Assembly (NCBI GenBank): GCA_963796285.1
Contig: CAWCKW010000013.1
Location: 160,001-224,000, forward strand
Reading direction: 5' to 3'
DNA length: 64,000 bases
Source of the DNA: Nitrospirota bacterium
GTDB lineage: Bacteria; Nitrospirota; UBA9217
The notes beneath the pieces were generated by a model that saw only the letters and a list, made by a program, of their open reading frames with translations, ran no database searches and was not told the DNA's origin. Below are positions 19,837 to 28,692 of the stretch, piece after piece; position 1 is the stretch's first letter; each line of letters opens with the position of its first letter. Both the position numbers and the translations under genes were made by a program.

Positions 19837-21024
19837 CTACTTCCCCTGCTCTTCTTCCACTTCCATCCGCGCCTTCAAATGCCTGTCGTACCCCTGGAAG
19901 TTGCGCTTCATCTCATCGATATTGTCGCCACCGAACTTTTCGATCATGGCGGAGGCGATCTCGCACGCCACTGCCGCCTCTGCCACGATGCCGGCGGCCG
20001 GCACCGCACAAATATCAGAGCGCTCGATGCTCGCCTTGAAGGGCTTCTTGCTTATCATATCCACGGAGCGGAGCGGTTTATACAGCGTGGGGATGGGCTT
20101 CATGGCAGCGCGAAGCGTAATGGTCTCGCCGTTGCTGATCCCGCCCTCGATCCCGCCCGCCAAATTCGTCTTGCGAAAGAAACCTTCCTTTTTGTTCCAG
20201 AAGATCTCATCATGTACCTGGGAACCGGGTTTGTTCGCCGCGCCGAATCCCGCGCCCACCTCTACCCCCTTAATGGCCTGGATGCTCATGAGCGCAGCGG
20301 CGAGCCGGCCGTCGAGCTTCCGGTCCCAGTGCACGTGGCTGCCAAGCCCTATCGGCGCATTGGTAACCAGGACCTCGAACACCCCGCCCAGGGAATCCCC
20401 TGTTGCCCGCGCTTCATCGATCCTGCGCATCATCCGCTTCTCCGCTTCAGGGTCGGCGCAGCGCAATTCGGACGCCTCTGCCCTTTTTTTGATCTCATGA
20501 ACTGACGCCCTCGGGACCTTGGCAAACACATTCCCAATGGAGAGCACATGGCTCACGACCTCGATGCCGAACTCTTCGAGCAGCCGCTTTGCCACAGCAC
20601 CGACCGCAACACGCATGGCCGTCTCACGGGCGCTTGAGCGCTCAAGGATGCTCCGGATGTCCGTACATCCATACTTCATGACGCCTGCCAGGTCCGCGTG
20701 GCCGGGACGGGGACGCGTGACCGGTTCCGCCGAGTTCAGGAACATGGGGTCCGGAGACATCTTGTCCCGCCAGTTCTCCCAGTCCTTGTTGCGGACCATG
20801 AGCCCGATCGGACTGCCTATGGTTCTGCCCCAGCGGACGCCGGTGTAGATCTTGACCGTGTCCTTTTCGATCTTCATACGGCCGCCGCGACCGTACCCCC
20901 CCTGCCTCCTGGCGAGGTCGCGGTCTATGTCCGTCACCCGGATCAAGAGACCCGCCGGCATACCCTCAATGATCCCCATGATAAGTTCGCCGTGCGATTC
21001 ACCGGCAGTTAAAAATCGTAACAT
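19837..21024 (-). CDS. aroC: Chorismate synthase
   Basis: [21 protein letters not shown] and [10 protein letters not shown]. Confidence 0.97.
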   Translation of the reverse strand: MLRFLTAGESHGELIMGIIEGMPAGLLIRVTDIDRDLARRQGGYGRGGRMKIEKDTVKIYTGVRWGRTIGSPIGLMVRNKDWENWRDKMSPDPMFLNSAEPVTRPRPGHADLAGVMKYGCTDIRSILERSSARETAMRVAVGAVAKRLLEEFGIEVVSHVLSIGNVFAKVPRASVHEIKKRAEASELRCADPEAEKRMMRRIDEARATGDSLGGVFEVLVTNAPIGLGSHVHWDRKLDGRLAAALMSIQAIKGVEVGAGFGAANKPGSQVHDEIFWNKKEGFFRKTNLAGGIEGGISNGETITLRAAMKPIPTLYKPLRSVDMISKKPFKASIERSDICAVPAAGIVAEAAVACEIASAMIEKFGGDNIDEMKRNFQGYDRHLKARMEVEEEQGK

Positions 21025-21258
21025 TATCTATTCCCCCTGTAAAAGATCCCCTGCCTATGGCCTCGCGAGCGGTTTTGAAGGCGAAAATACCATAAAATCG
21101 GGCTCATCATAGCAAATTTGCAGTAGAAGTGCAATCAAAAGTATGGTACTATTCGGGGTATTTTCAGGGTATTTTATGGATAATTTGTGTATTTTGGGAT
21201 AAATTCCGACTCCAGATAAAATGTTCATGCCCAAAATAACTGTCATAGGGAGTCCGCT

Positions 21259-21693
21259 GTGCAATATAAACAAGGGTCATTCGGCAGGGTTTTTGTGTTA
21301 AAATTCGAGGACCAGGACGATCTCCTCTCTGAAATAAAACGTGTAGCAACCACAGAAAAGATCAAGGTGGGGACGATCATGCTCCTGGGCGGCATGCGCT
21401 CGGCCGGGCTGGTCTCAGGCCCGAAAGAGGCGTCTATCCCGCCGGAACCCATGTGGATCAATTTCAATGATGGCCGAGAGGTGCTTGGCTTCGGCACCCT
21501 ATTCTGGAAAGGCGACGAGCCGGTCCTCCACCTCCACGGCGCCATCGGCCGGGAGAAAGAGACTCTCACGGGATGCATCCGCAAGGAGAGCTCCGTATAT
21601 CTGGTCATCGAGGCGGTGATCACGGAGATCCTCGGTATCGATGCCCGCAAGACATTGAACGAGAAAACCGGTTTGGTGATGCTGGAATTATGA
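21259..21693 (+). CDS. PPC domain (DUF296) protein
   Basis: GRVFVLKFEDQDDL, EVLGFG and LHLHGAIG. Confidence 0.8.
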   Translation: MQYKQGSFGRVFVLKFEDQDDLLSEIKRVATTEKIKVGTIMLLGGMRSAGLVSGPKEASIPPEPMWINFNDGREVLGFGTLFWKGDEPVLHLHGAIGREKETLTGCIRKESSVYLVIEAVITEILGIDARKTLNEKTGLVMLEL

Positions 21694-21713
21694 ATGCCAT
21701 CAATAACATGACG

Positions 21714-21796
21714 TACCACAGGGAACGCAGAGTGCGCGGATGCCCGACCCCGGCGCGGTTGTTTTACTCTGCAGTCTCTGCGATCTCCGCAATGAA
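21714..21796. repeat. Periodic inverted-repeat element (9-bp period, degenerate)
   Basis: accacagggaacgcagagtgcgcgga ... ctctgcagtctctgcgatctccgcaatgaa. Confidence 0.6.
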
Positions 21797-21808
21797 CAGG
21801 ATTTGCGT

Positions 21809-22540
21809 ATGATCGCTCTGCTCTGTTCCGTCCCTGCCGAAGCGGATCGTCTCCTCGCATCGACGGTCGTGATAAAGAGTACGACGCTCGGCTCCAACCT
21901 GCTGATCGAGGGGACCATCGGAGCTCAGCGGATACTCCTGGGTGTCAGCGGCATGGGCAAGGTCAATGCAGCCCATACGGCAACACTGATGCTCGCAAGG
22001 TTCGATCCCAAGGCTCTCGTGGTCTTCGGCATCGGCGGCTCCTACCCCTCGTCGGGTGCCCGGATCGGCGATCTCGCGATCGCAACGGAAGAGATCGCGG
22101 GAGATGAAGGCGTTCTGACCCGGGAAGGCTTTAAGGACACCGAGTATATCGGCATCCCCCTTCTCAAGACAGCCACGTCGCTTATCTATACGACCTTCCC
22201 CGCATCGGAGCCGCTGATGCATCGGTCCCTGCAGTCGCTCGCTGCTCATCAGAAATCCGGCCAGGGCAAAATACACGTCGGTCGCTTCGTCACCCTGTCA
22301 ACCTGTACCGGCACCGCCGCGCGTGCGCAGGAGCTGGAGGAACGATATCGCGGACTCTGCGAGAATATGGAAGGGGCCGCGGTCGCGCATGTGGCGGAAC
22401 TGCATGGCGTCCCGTGGCTCGAGGTCCGCGGTATATCGAACATCGTGGAAGATCGTGATCTGACAAAGTGGGATATCCCGAAAGCGGCTGGGGCAGTGCA
22501 GCAGGCCGTTCAACATATCGTGGAGGGCTGGGACAGGTGA
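21809..22540 (+). CDS. mqnB: Futalosine hydrolase
   Basis: PNP/MTA-nucleosidase fold (GMGKVNAA, GIGGSY, ENMEGAAVA, EVRGISN); adjacent to mqnD. Confidence 0.9.
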   Translation: MIALLCSVPAEADRLLASTVVIKSTTLGSNLLIEGTIGAQRILLGVSGMGKVNAAHTATLMLARFDPKALVVFGIGGSYPSSGARIGDLAIATEEIAGDEGVLTREGFKDTEYIGIPLLKTATSLIYTTFPASEPLMHRSLQSLAAHQKSGQGKIHVGRFVTLSTCTGTAARAQELEERYRGLCENMEGAAVAHVAELHGVPWLEVRGISNIVEDRDLTKWDIPKAAGAVQQAVQHIVEGWDR

Positions 22541-23376
22541 CCCGCGCGCTCACTATCGGATATTCGCCGTGCCCGAACGACACCTACATTTTCTACGCGC
22601 TCGTCCATGGCTTCGTTCGTGTCCCGGGCCTTGAATTCCGCGAACAGCTCGCGGATGTCGAAACACTGAACCAGATGGCGCTCGAGGGCAGCCTGGACAT
22701 CACCAAGATATCATACCACGCCCTCGGTCACCTGCGTGAGCAGTACGCCCTGCTCCGTTCCGGCAGTGCGCTCGGCCGCGGCTGTGGTCCGCTCATCGTT
22801 GCAAAACCGGGAACCACGTTCGAGGATATTAAACGAGGCACGATCGCCATCCCCGGCAAGCTGACCACTGCCTCTCTTCTTCTCCGGCTGTACGATCCAT
22901 CGATCACCAATATCGTCGTTATGACCTTTGACCGCATCATGAACGCGGTCTCAACAGGAGAGGTGATTGCAGGTCTTATCATCCACGAAAGCCGGTTCAC
23001 CTATCCGCTCTATAAACTTGAAAAACTGCTCGACCTCGGCGAGTGGTGGGAACACCACTCCGGCCTCCCGATCCCTCTTGGCGGTATCCTCGGTAAGCGA
23101 TCGCTTGGCCGTGACGTACTGCTTCAGGTCGAGGAAGGTATACGGGCGAGCCTTCGCTACGCCAATGCGCACGCGGACAAGGTCCTCTCCTACTGCAAAC
23201 TGCACAGCCAGGAGATGGACGAGACAGTGATGAAGAGCCATATCGATCTGTATGTGAACGACTTCTCCCTTGACCTGGGACGGGAAGGCCTGGCCGCGGT
23301 GCGCAGGCTCTTTGACGAGGCGGAAGCGTGCGGGATATTTCCGAACTCCGGGAACGCACTCTTGGCGGATGAATAA
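22537..23376 (+). CDS. mqnD: 1,4-dihydroxy-6-naphthoate synthase
   Basis: GYSPCPNDT, DVETLN, GRGCGP, IIHESRFTY and HIDLYVN. Confidence 0.95.
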   Translation: MTRALTIGYSPCPNDTYIFYALVHGFVRVPGLEFREQLADVETLNQMALEGSLDITKISYHALGHLREQYALLRSGSALGRGCGPLIVAKPGTTFEDIKRGTIAIPGKLTTASLLLRLYDPSITNIVVMTFDRIMNAVSTGEVIAGLIIHESRFTYPLYKLEKLLDLGEWWEHHSGLPIPLGGILGKRSLGRDVLLQVEEGIRASLRYANAHADKVLSYCKLHSQEMDETVMKSHIDLYVNDFSLDLGREGLAAVRRLFDEAEACGIFPNSGNALLADE

Positions 23377-23405
23377 TTTTATTCCTGTTCTCCGGAAAAC
23401 GCGTA

Positions 23406-23414
23406 TGATATAAT
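23406..23414 (+). promoter_or_regulatory. Extended -10 promoter upstream of lemA
   Basis: TG-A-TATAAT about 55 nt before the ATG. Confidence 0.45.
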
Positions 23415-23467
23415 CATCTCTACGGTCACGCTTTACCATTCCTAATCTTTCCCCATCAGGAGGCACT

Positions 23468-24029
23468 ATGGTCGCATGGATTATTCTCGCAGTGCTGGGT
23501 TTGGTTCTGATCTGGCTTGTTCTGATCTACAACGGTCTCGTATCGATCCGGAACGACGTACAGAACGCATGGAAGCAGATCGATGTGCAGCTCAAACGCC
23601 GGCATGATCTGATCCCGAACCTCGTCTCTGCCGTGAAAGGTGTAATGGAATTCGAGCAGGACACCCTCGAGAAGGTGATCTCGGCCAGGGCAAAGGCCGT
23701 GTCCGTCAGTCACCCCTGCCTCCCGGGCCGAGTCTGAGAACATGCTTACCCAGGCACTCGGCAAACTCTTCGCCGTGATGGAGAACTATCCCGCGCTCAA
23801 GAGCAACCAGAACGTCATGCAGCTCCAGGAAGAGCTCACGTCAACAGAGAACCGGATCTCCTTTGCCCGTCAGCTCTACAACGACCTGGTTGCGAACTAT
23901 CGCACGAAGATCCAGATATTTCCGAACAACATCGTTTCCTCGATGTTCAATTTCCAGCCAGAGGAATATTTCGGGGCCGAAGAAACGGACCGCGCGGTAC
24001 CTGGCGTGAATCTGAGCCTGAGGAAGTAA
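23468..24029 (+). CDS. lemA: LemA family protein, one frameshift near 23710
   Basis: [21 protein letters not shown], then [21 protein letters not shown]. Confidence 0.9.
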
Positions 24030-24034
24030 AAAAA

Positions 24035-24104
24035 CAGAAGCGAGGAGCCTGAATTCAGAAGTCAGAATGATATATGATGTCCTCTCCTGACTCCTGACTA
24101 CTGA
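24035..24104. repeat. Periodic inverted-repeat element (7-bp TCAGRAG/CTCCTGA units)
   Basis: cagaagc gaggagc ctgaatt cagaagt cagaatg ... ctcctga ctcctga ctactga. Confidence 0.7.
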
Positions 24105-24114
24105 TCGTTCTCCC

Positions 24115-25740
24115 ATGCCCCTTACCTTCATCGACATAGAGAAACAGAAGAACTGGCGCATCTGGCTGTTCTTTCTGTTCCTCATGCTCATCTATCTTAT
24201 CCTCACCGCTCTTTTTGCGGCAACGTTCCTCCCTTTCACCTGGTATGCTTCGCCGCGCTTTTGGATAGTTGCGGGAATGCTTGCCCTGCTCGTGGCAGGG
24301 ATCCATTTCTGGTTCTCTGCCTACGATACGGTCCGCACCGTGATCCGCGGACTGGACGCGCAGCCACCGGACCCCCAGGACGACATTCACAAGATGCTCA
24401 TGAACATCATGCAGGAAATTCACGTGGTAACAGGCAACAGGCGGAAGATCCAGTGCGTTGTCATTCCGTCCTTCTCTCTGAACGCGCTGGCGGTTGCGGA
24501 CCTCAAAGGCGAGGCCGCCATCGGCATCACGGAAGGGCTGCTCTCGCGCCTCACCCGACCGCAGCTTGAGGCCGTGATCGCCCACGAAGCGCATCATATC
24601 CTTTCGGGCGATTGCCTCGAAACCACCGTTGCCGCCAGCCTCTTCGGCACCTATTCCTCGGCCATGGAGAAGCTGACCGATACGTCACGTGGTCGATCGT
24701 TCGCCTCTCCGGCGTTCCTTCTGGCCTGGATGCTGCTCCAGTTGAGCTATCTTCTGAACATGTTCATCTCCCGTGAGCGGGAGTATCGCGCCGATGCCGC
24801 ATCCGTACGCATGACCAGGAACCCGATCGCGCTTGCCGAGACATTGCACCTCCTGTCGCGAAGCTGGCGTGGGGCCGGGTTCATCGGCAGCGGTTTTGAG
24901 ATGCTCTGCATCGTGAATCCGCAGGCAACGGCACTGGATGAGACAGACGGTTTCTGGGCAGACCTCCTTTCGACCCATCCGCCGCTCAGCAGAAGAATCG
25001 ACATCCTGCTTAACATGGCGCGGGTGAGCATTGCTGCGCTGGATGCGAGTACCGGGAAGGCTGCCACGGCGAGTGCGCAAGAGTCCTCTGTCCCACTGCA
25101 TTACGCCATGAGCCCCCAGCAGCAGTGGCAGGGACCATTCACTCCAACCGAACTTGCCGCACTCCCGTGGCTTTCGCCCCTTACCTGGATCACGCAGGGC
25201 AAGGAGCATCCCGTAGAGCGCGCTTCAAAAGAGCCGTTGATCAACGCCATCTTCCTGTCGCGGCTTTCCGAGCAGGAACGCCCTCTCTCGAACTTCTTCT
25301 GCCCATCCTGCCGTCAACCGCTTGTAACGGAAGCATACGAAGGTACCCAGATATATCGATGCCGCTTCTGTGCCGGCATCCTGCTGGATTCGGTAAAGAT
25401 TCCTCGGATCATCGTACGGACCGGCAGGGAACGGCCCTGTTCGGAGAGGATCAACTCGCTTGCGAAGGCGGTTGTGAAGGAAAACCAGCTTCGACAGCCC
25501 ATTCAGAAACGCAGAGAAGTCGGCAGGGAAATTGTTCCGCTGCTCACCTGTCCGAAGTGCGGCAACCCCATGTCCCGCGGATTTTACAGCCAGGCTCACC
25601 TGATCGAGGTCGACCGTTGCAGTTTTTGCGGCATCACCTGGTTTGATCAAGACGAGCTTGAGATGCTGCAGTGCCTGATCGAGAACCGGATCGTACCTGA
25701 CGTCACCGAACCGGATCATATCGAGCGCTTAACTCTTTAG
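24115..25740 (+). CDS. HtpX/M48 metalloprotease with a GYF_2-like segment and two C-terminal zinc ribbons
   Basis: TEGLL, HEAHH, SREREYRAD and STHPP; WQGPFTPTEL; CPSC..CRFC and CPKC..CSFCGITWFD. Confidence 0.85.
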   Translation: MPLTFIDIEKQKNWRIWLFFLFLMLIYLILTALFAATFLPFTWYASPRFWIVAGMLALLVAGIHFWFSAYDTVRTVIRGLDAQPPDPQDDIHKMLMNIMQEIHVVTGNRRKIQCVVIPSFSLNALAVADLKGEAAIGITEGLLSRLTRPQLEAVIAHEAHHILSGDCLETTVAASLFGTYSSAMEKLTDTSRGRSFASPAFLLAWMLLQLSYLLNMFISREREYRADAASVRMTRNPIALAETLHLLSRSWRGAGFIGSGFEMLCIVNPQATALDETDGFWADLLSTHPPLSRRIDILLNMARVSIAALDASTGKAATASAQESSVPLHYAMSPQQQWQGPFTPTELAALPWLSPLTWITQGKEHPVERASKEPLINAIFLSRLSEQERPLSNFFCPSCRQPLVTEAYEGTQIYRCRFCAGILLDSVKIPRIIVRTGRERPCSERINSLAKAVVKENQLRQPIQKRREVGREIVPLLTCPKCGNPMSRGFYSQAHLIEVDRCSFCGITWFDQDELEMLQCLIENRIVPDVTEPDHIERLTL

Positions 25741-25764
25741 CGCCTCATTGCAAAGGACCTTTTT

Positions 25765-26439
25765 ATGATTACCATCAAGCTTTTCGCCATACTGAAGGAC
25801 AAGGCAGGACAGGATGAGCTGCATCTCAACACCTGTGCATCCACGGTATCGGAATTGCTCAAGGAAGTGTCGAATGAATATCCAGCCTTATCCGATATCC
25901 TCTCCTGCGGCAGGGTCCTGACCTCGGTGAACCAGGAATTTGTCAAAGGTGATGCGCCGGTCAAGAGCGGCGATGAGGTGGCGCTCATGCCGCCGTTCTC
26001 CGGTGGAAGCGGGACAACAGGGTATGTTCATATCCAAGAGGGACCCTTTTCTTTGGATAGGGAGATCGATCGGCTGAAGCAAGCTTCGCCATCAATCGGC
26101 GCAATCGTTACCTTCCTCGGGACAACGCGCGATATCTCGAAGAACAAGCAGGTGGCAAAGCTCGAGTTCGAACACTACCCCGGCATGGCAGAGAAGAAAC
26201 TCCGGGAGATCAGGGAGCGGGCGATCAGGGAATTCGGGGTGATCGACGTATCGATCATTCACCGCATAGGCACGCTGCCGATAGGAGAGAACATCGTGCT
26301 GATCGCCGTGGCCGCAATGCATCGCGACGAGGCGTTCAAGGCCTGCCGTTTCTGCATCGATGAATTGAAGAGGATCACGCCGATCTGGAAAAAGGAAACA
26401 ACCTCGGAGGGGGAAGTGTGGGTGGAGGAACATCCTTGA
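25765..26439 (+). CDS. Molybdopterin synthase MoaD-MoaE fusion
   Basis: MoaD part ends GDEVALMPPFSGG; MoaE part has GAIVTFLG, HRIG, HRDEAF and PIWKKE. Confidence 0.93.
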   Translation: MITIKLFAILKDKAGQDELHLNTCASTVSELLKEVSNEYPALSDILSCGRVLTSVNQEFVKGDAPVKSGDEVALMPPFSGGSGTTGYVHIQEGPFSLDREIDRLKQASPSIGAIVTFLGTTRDISKNKQVAKLEFEHYPGMAEKKLREIRERAIREFGVIDVSIIHRIGTLPIGENIVLIAVAAMHRDEAFKACRFCIDELKRITPIWKKETTSEGEVWVEEHP

Positions 26440-26522
26440 TTGCGGATTTCTGATTGCAGATTGCGGAATCAGAAGAAAAAACCTTTTGTAAATCCGCAAT
26501 CCGAAATCTACAATCCGCAATT
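26438..26522. repeat. Periodic inverted-repeat element (7-bp ATTGCGG/AATCCGC units)
   Basis: attgcgg atttctg attgcag attgcgg ... aatccgc aatccga aatctac aatccgc. Confidence 0.85.
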
Positions 26523-26525
26523 GAA

Positions 26526-26945
26526 TCATTTCTTCGCTGCTTTTTTCCCGTCCCTCAGGAAGACCACACAGGTTGTACAATCCGCATCACTGCGACACCG
26601 GGTGGTTTCCCAGCACGGTTTGCTCTTGTTGGTAAACGCCGTGCATACCACTCTCCGTTCGTCTGGACAGTCCTTGATCTCCCAGCAGGGCGCATAGTCG
26701 AGCAGCTTCTTGATCCCTTCGATGCTGATCTTCTTGGCGTGGATCAGTTCGCGGATACAGCGCAACCATTTGATGTCGTTTTCCGTAAAGAGCCGGTTTC
26801 TCCGCTCCCTCGTCGGGAGGATAAGACCATGTTTCTCGTACAGACGCAGTGTCTGCGCCGTCGTCCCAACCAGCTTTGCCGCCACGCCCATGGTGTAGAG
26901 CGGCGCGTCCTTGTCTTTGAGTACATCCATGCTATCGACTATCAT
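26526..26945 (-). CDS. MerR/HspR-like transcriptional regulator with Cys-rich (CW..CW) C-terminus
   Basis: YTMGVAAKLVGTTAQTLRLYEKHGLI.P.R..RNRLF; CWEIKDC..C..CWETTRC..CTTC. Confidence 0.85.
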   Translation of the reverse strand: MIVDSMDVLKDKDAPLYTMGVAAKLVGTTAQTLRLYEKHGLILPTRERRNRLFTENDIKWLRCIRELIHAKKISIEGIKKLLDYAPCWEIKDCPDERRVVCTAFTNKSKPCWETTRCRSDADCTTCVVFLRDGKKAAKK

Positions 26946-26973
26946 ATGCTTTTATCTTCTCCCAAAGTTTTTT

Positions 26974-27690
26974 CTACCGTGGTATAAGGATCGTCATCTT
27001 GTCCATGAGCAGCAGCACGCCCATGATGATCAGTACGGCGCCGCTTACTATCTTGATTGCCTTGAAATGCTTTTTCAGCTTGCTGAACGACGACAGGAAT
27101 GCACTGATGGCTACGGCCGAAAGGATAAAGGGGATCCCGAGGCCGAGCGAATAGAACATGAGCAGTACCATACCGCTGCCCAGAGTGTCACTCGTCATGG
27201 CCAGCGCCAGCACCGATCCCAGAAAAGGTCCGGTGCAGGGGGTCCAGCCCGCGCCAAAGATCATGCCGACGACAAGCGTGCCGATGTAGCCGGCAGGCCG
27301 CGTCTTGAGATGCAGTTTAGCCTCTCTCTGGAGAAAGGGGATGTTCACCACATCCATGACAAAAACGCCCATGATGATGATCAGCACTCCGCCCACGATC
27401 CGGATGGTGTTCAGGTGCTGTGCCAGGAGACTGCCCGCCAGGCTTGCCGATGCACCCAGGAGAACAAAGATGACGGAGAACCCCGCAACAAAAGCAAGAG
27501 AATGAAGCAGGGTGATATTCATGTTCTTTCTGCGCGAATCAGGGCTCACCAGTTCGTCATAGCTTATGCCGGTGATGTAAGAAACATATGAAGGTATGAG
27601 GGGCATAATACAGGGAGACACGAACGAGACGAGGCCCATGGCGAGCGAGTACAACAGAACATACAACGTTAATCCGTGTGCAAGGTCCAT
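26974..27690 (-). CDS. ccdA: Cytochrome c biogenesis/thiol-disulfide membrane protein CcdA
   Basis: SFVSPCIMPLIPSY and GWTPCTGP; six TM helices. Confidence 0.92.
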   Translation of the reverse strand: MDLAHGLTLYVLLYSLAMGLVSFVSPCIMPLIPSYVSYITGISYDELVSPDSRRKNMNITLLHSLAFVAGFSVIFVLLGASASLAGSLLAQHLNTIRIVGGVLIIIMGVFVMDVVNIPFLQREAKLHLKTRPAGYIGTLVVGMIFGAGWTPCTGPFLGSVLALAMTSDTLGSGMVLLMFYSLGLGIPFILSAVAISAFLSSFSKLKKHFKAIKIVSGAVLIIMGVLLLMDKMTILIPR

Positions 27691-27890
27691 GAATACAGCG
27701 CGCCCCCGTATAATAGCGTATCATAATACCAAAGCTTACCAAACGTAGTCAAGATAAACTTTTACTATATATCAGTTTACTTTTTTTAATAACCATAGGT
27801 ATCAATACTTCTCGTTTCAAATCACAACACCTATTGAAAAAGAACATCTTCTGTCCTCGCCTCCATATAAGTCAGCTGGGTATTTTTTTA

Positions 27891-27919
27891 TTGACAAGGA
27901 ACCTGAATTTCTCTATCAT
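27891..27919 (+). promoter_or_regulatory. Sigma70 promoter of fchA-folD
   Basis: TTGACA-17-TATCAT. Confidence 0.7.
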
Positions 27920-27977
27920 TTCACTCTTTAAACCTCACAACCACTGAGTAATTGAATACTGCAGGAGGAAATTCCCG

Positions 27978-28604
27978 ATGTATATCGATCAGCCGATACG
28001 ACACTTTATGGACAAACTGGCGAGCAAATCTCCCGAGCCGGGAGGCGGCAGCGTGGCTGCCCTTACTGGTGCGCTCGGCGCGGCACTCGTGAGTATGGTG
28101 GGGAACCTTACCCTGGGCAAGGAAAAATACAAGGATGTTCAGCCCCGGATCGAGCAACTGCTCAAAGAATCGGAAAAACTGCGCTCGGAGATGCAGGACC
28201 TTATCCAGAAAGACACCGAGGCCTACGGTGCGCTCTCCGCAGTCTATAAAATGCCGAAGAACACCGATGAGGAAAAGGCCGCGCGCACCACAAAGATGCA
28301 GGAAGCGCTCAAGATCGCCTGCCAGGTTCCGTTCGAGATCGGGCTCAAATCGCTTGAGGTAGCAAAGCTCGCCCAGCGGGCAGCTGATATCGGAAACGTG
28401 GGTGCGGTGAGCGACGCTGGCGTTGCGGTACTGCTTGCCCAAGCCTGCGCCCAGAGCGCGGCGCTCAACGTCAAGATCAACGTCAACAGTATTAAAGACG
28501 CGGTATACAACAACGACACGTGGTCCAGGATGCAGGATGTTCTTAAGCAGGTGGCGGCCCTTGAAAAGACTGTGATGGAAACAACGTATAAGAAGATGGG
28601 ATAA
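27978..28604 (+). CDS. fchA: Cyclodeaminase/cyclohydrolase family protein (methenyl-THF cyclohydrolase, FchA-like)
   Basis: LASKSPEPGGGSVAA, MVGNLT, SDAGVA and ALNVKIN; next to folD. Confidence 0.85.
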   Translation: MYIDQPIRHFMDKLASKSPEPGGGSVAALTGALGAALVSMVGNLTLGKEKYKDVQPRIEQLLKESEKLRSEMQDLIQKDTEAYGALSAVYKMPKNTDEEKAARTTKMQEALKIACQVPFEIGLKSLEVAKLAQRAADIGNVGAVSDAGVAVLLAQACAQSAALNVKINVNSIKDAVYNNDTWSRMQDVLKQVAALEKTVMETTYKKMG

Positions 28605-28611
28605 GCTGCGG

Positions 28612-28667
28612 CAGAGCGCATGGGGCATAGGGTTTAATTCTCCGCTCTATCCACCATGCCCTATGCT
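28612..28667. repeat. Periodic inverted-repeat element (7-bp GCATRGG/CYATGCY units)
   Basis: agagcgc atggggc atagggt ... ctatcca ccatgcc ctatgct. Confidence 0.6.
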
Positions 28668-28692
28668 TAATAACTTTTGGAAGGAGCATCAC

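Noticed and set aside
24035-26522. CRISPR array interpretation of the short repeats
   Set aside because: Units are 7-9 bp and tandem, with no 23-47 bp repeats or unique spacers and no cas genes.
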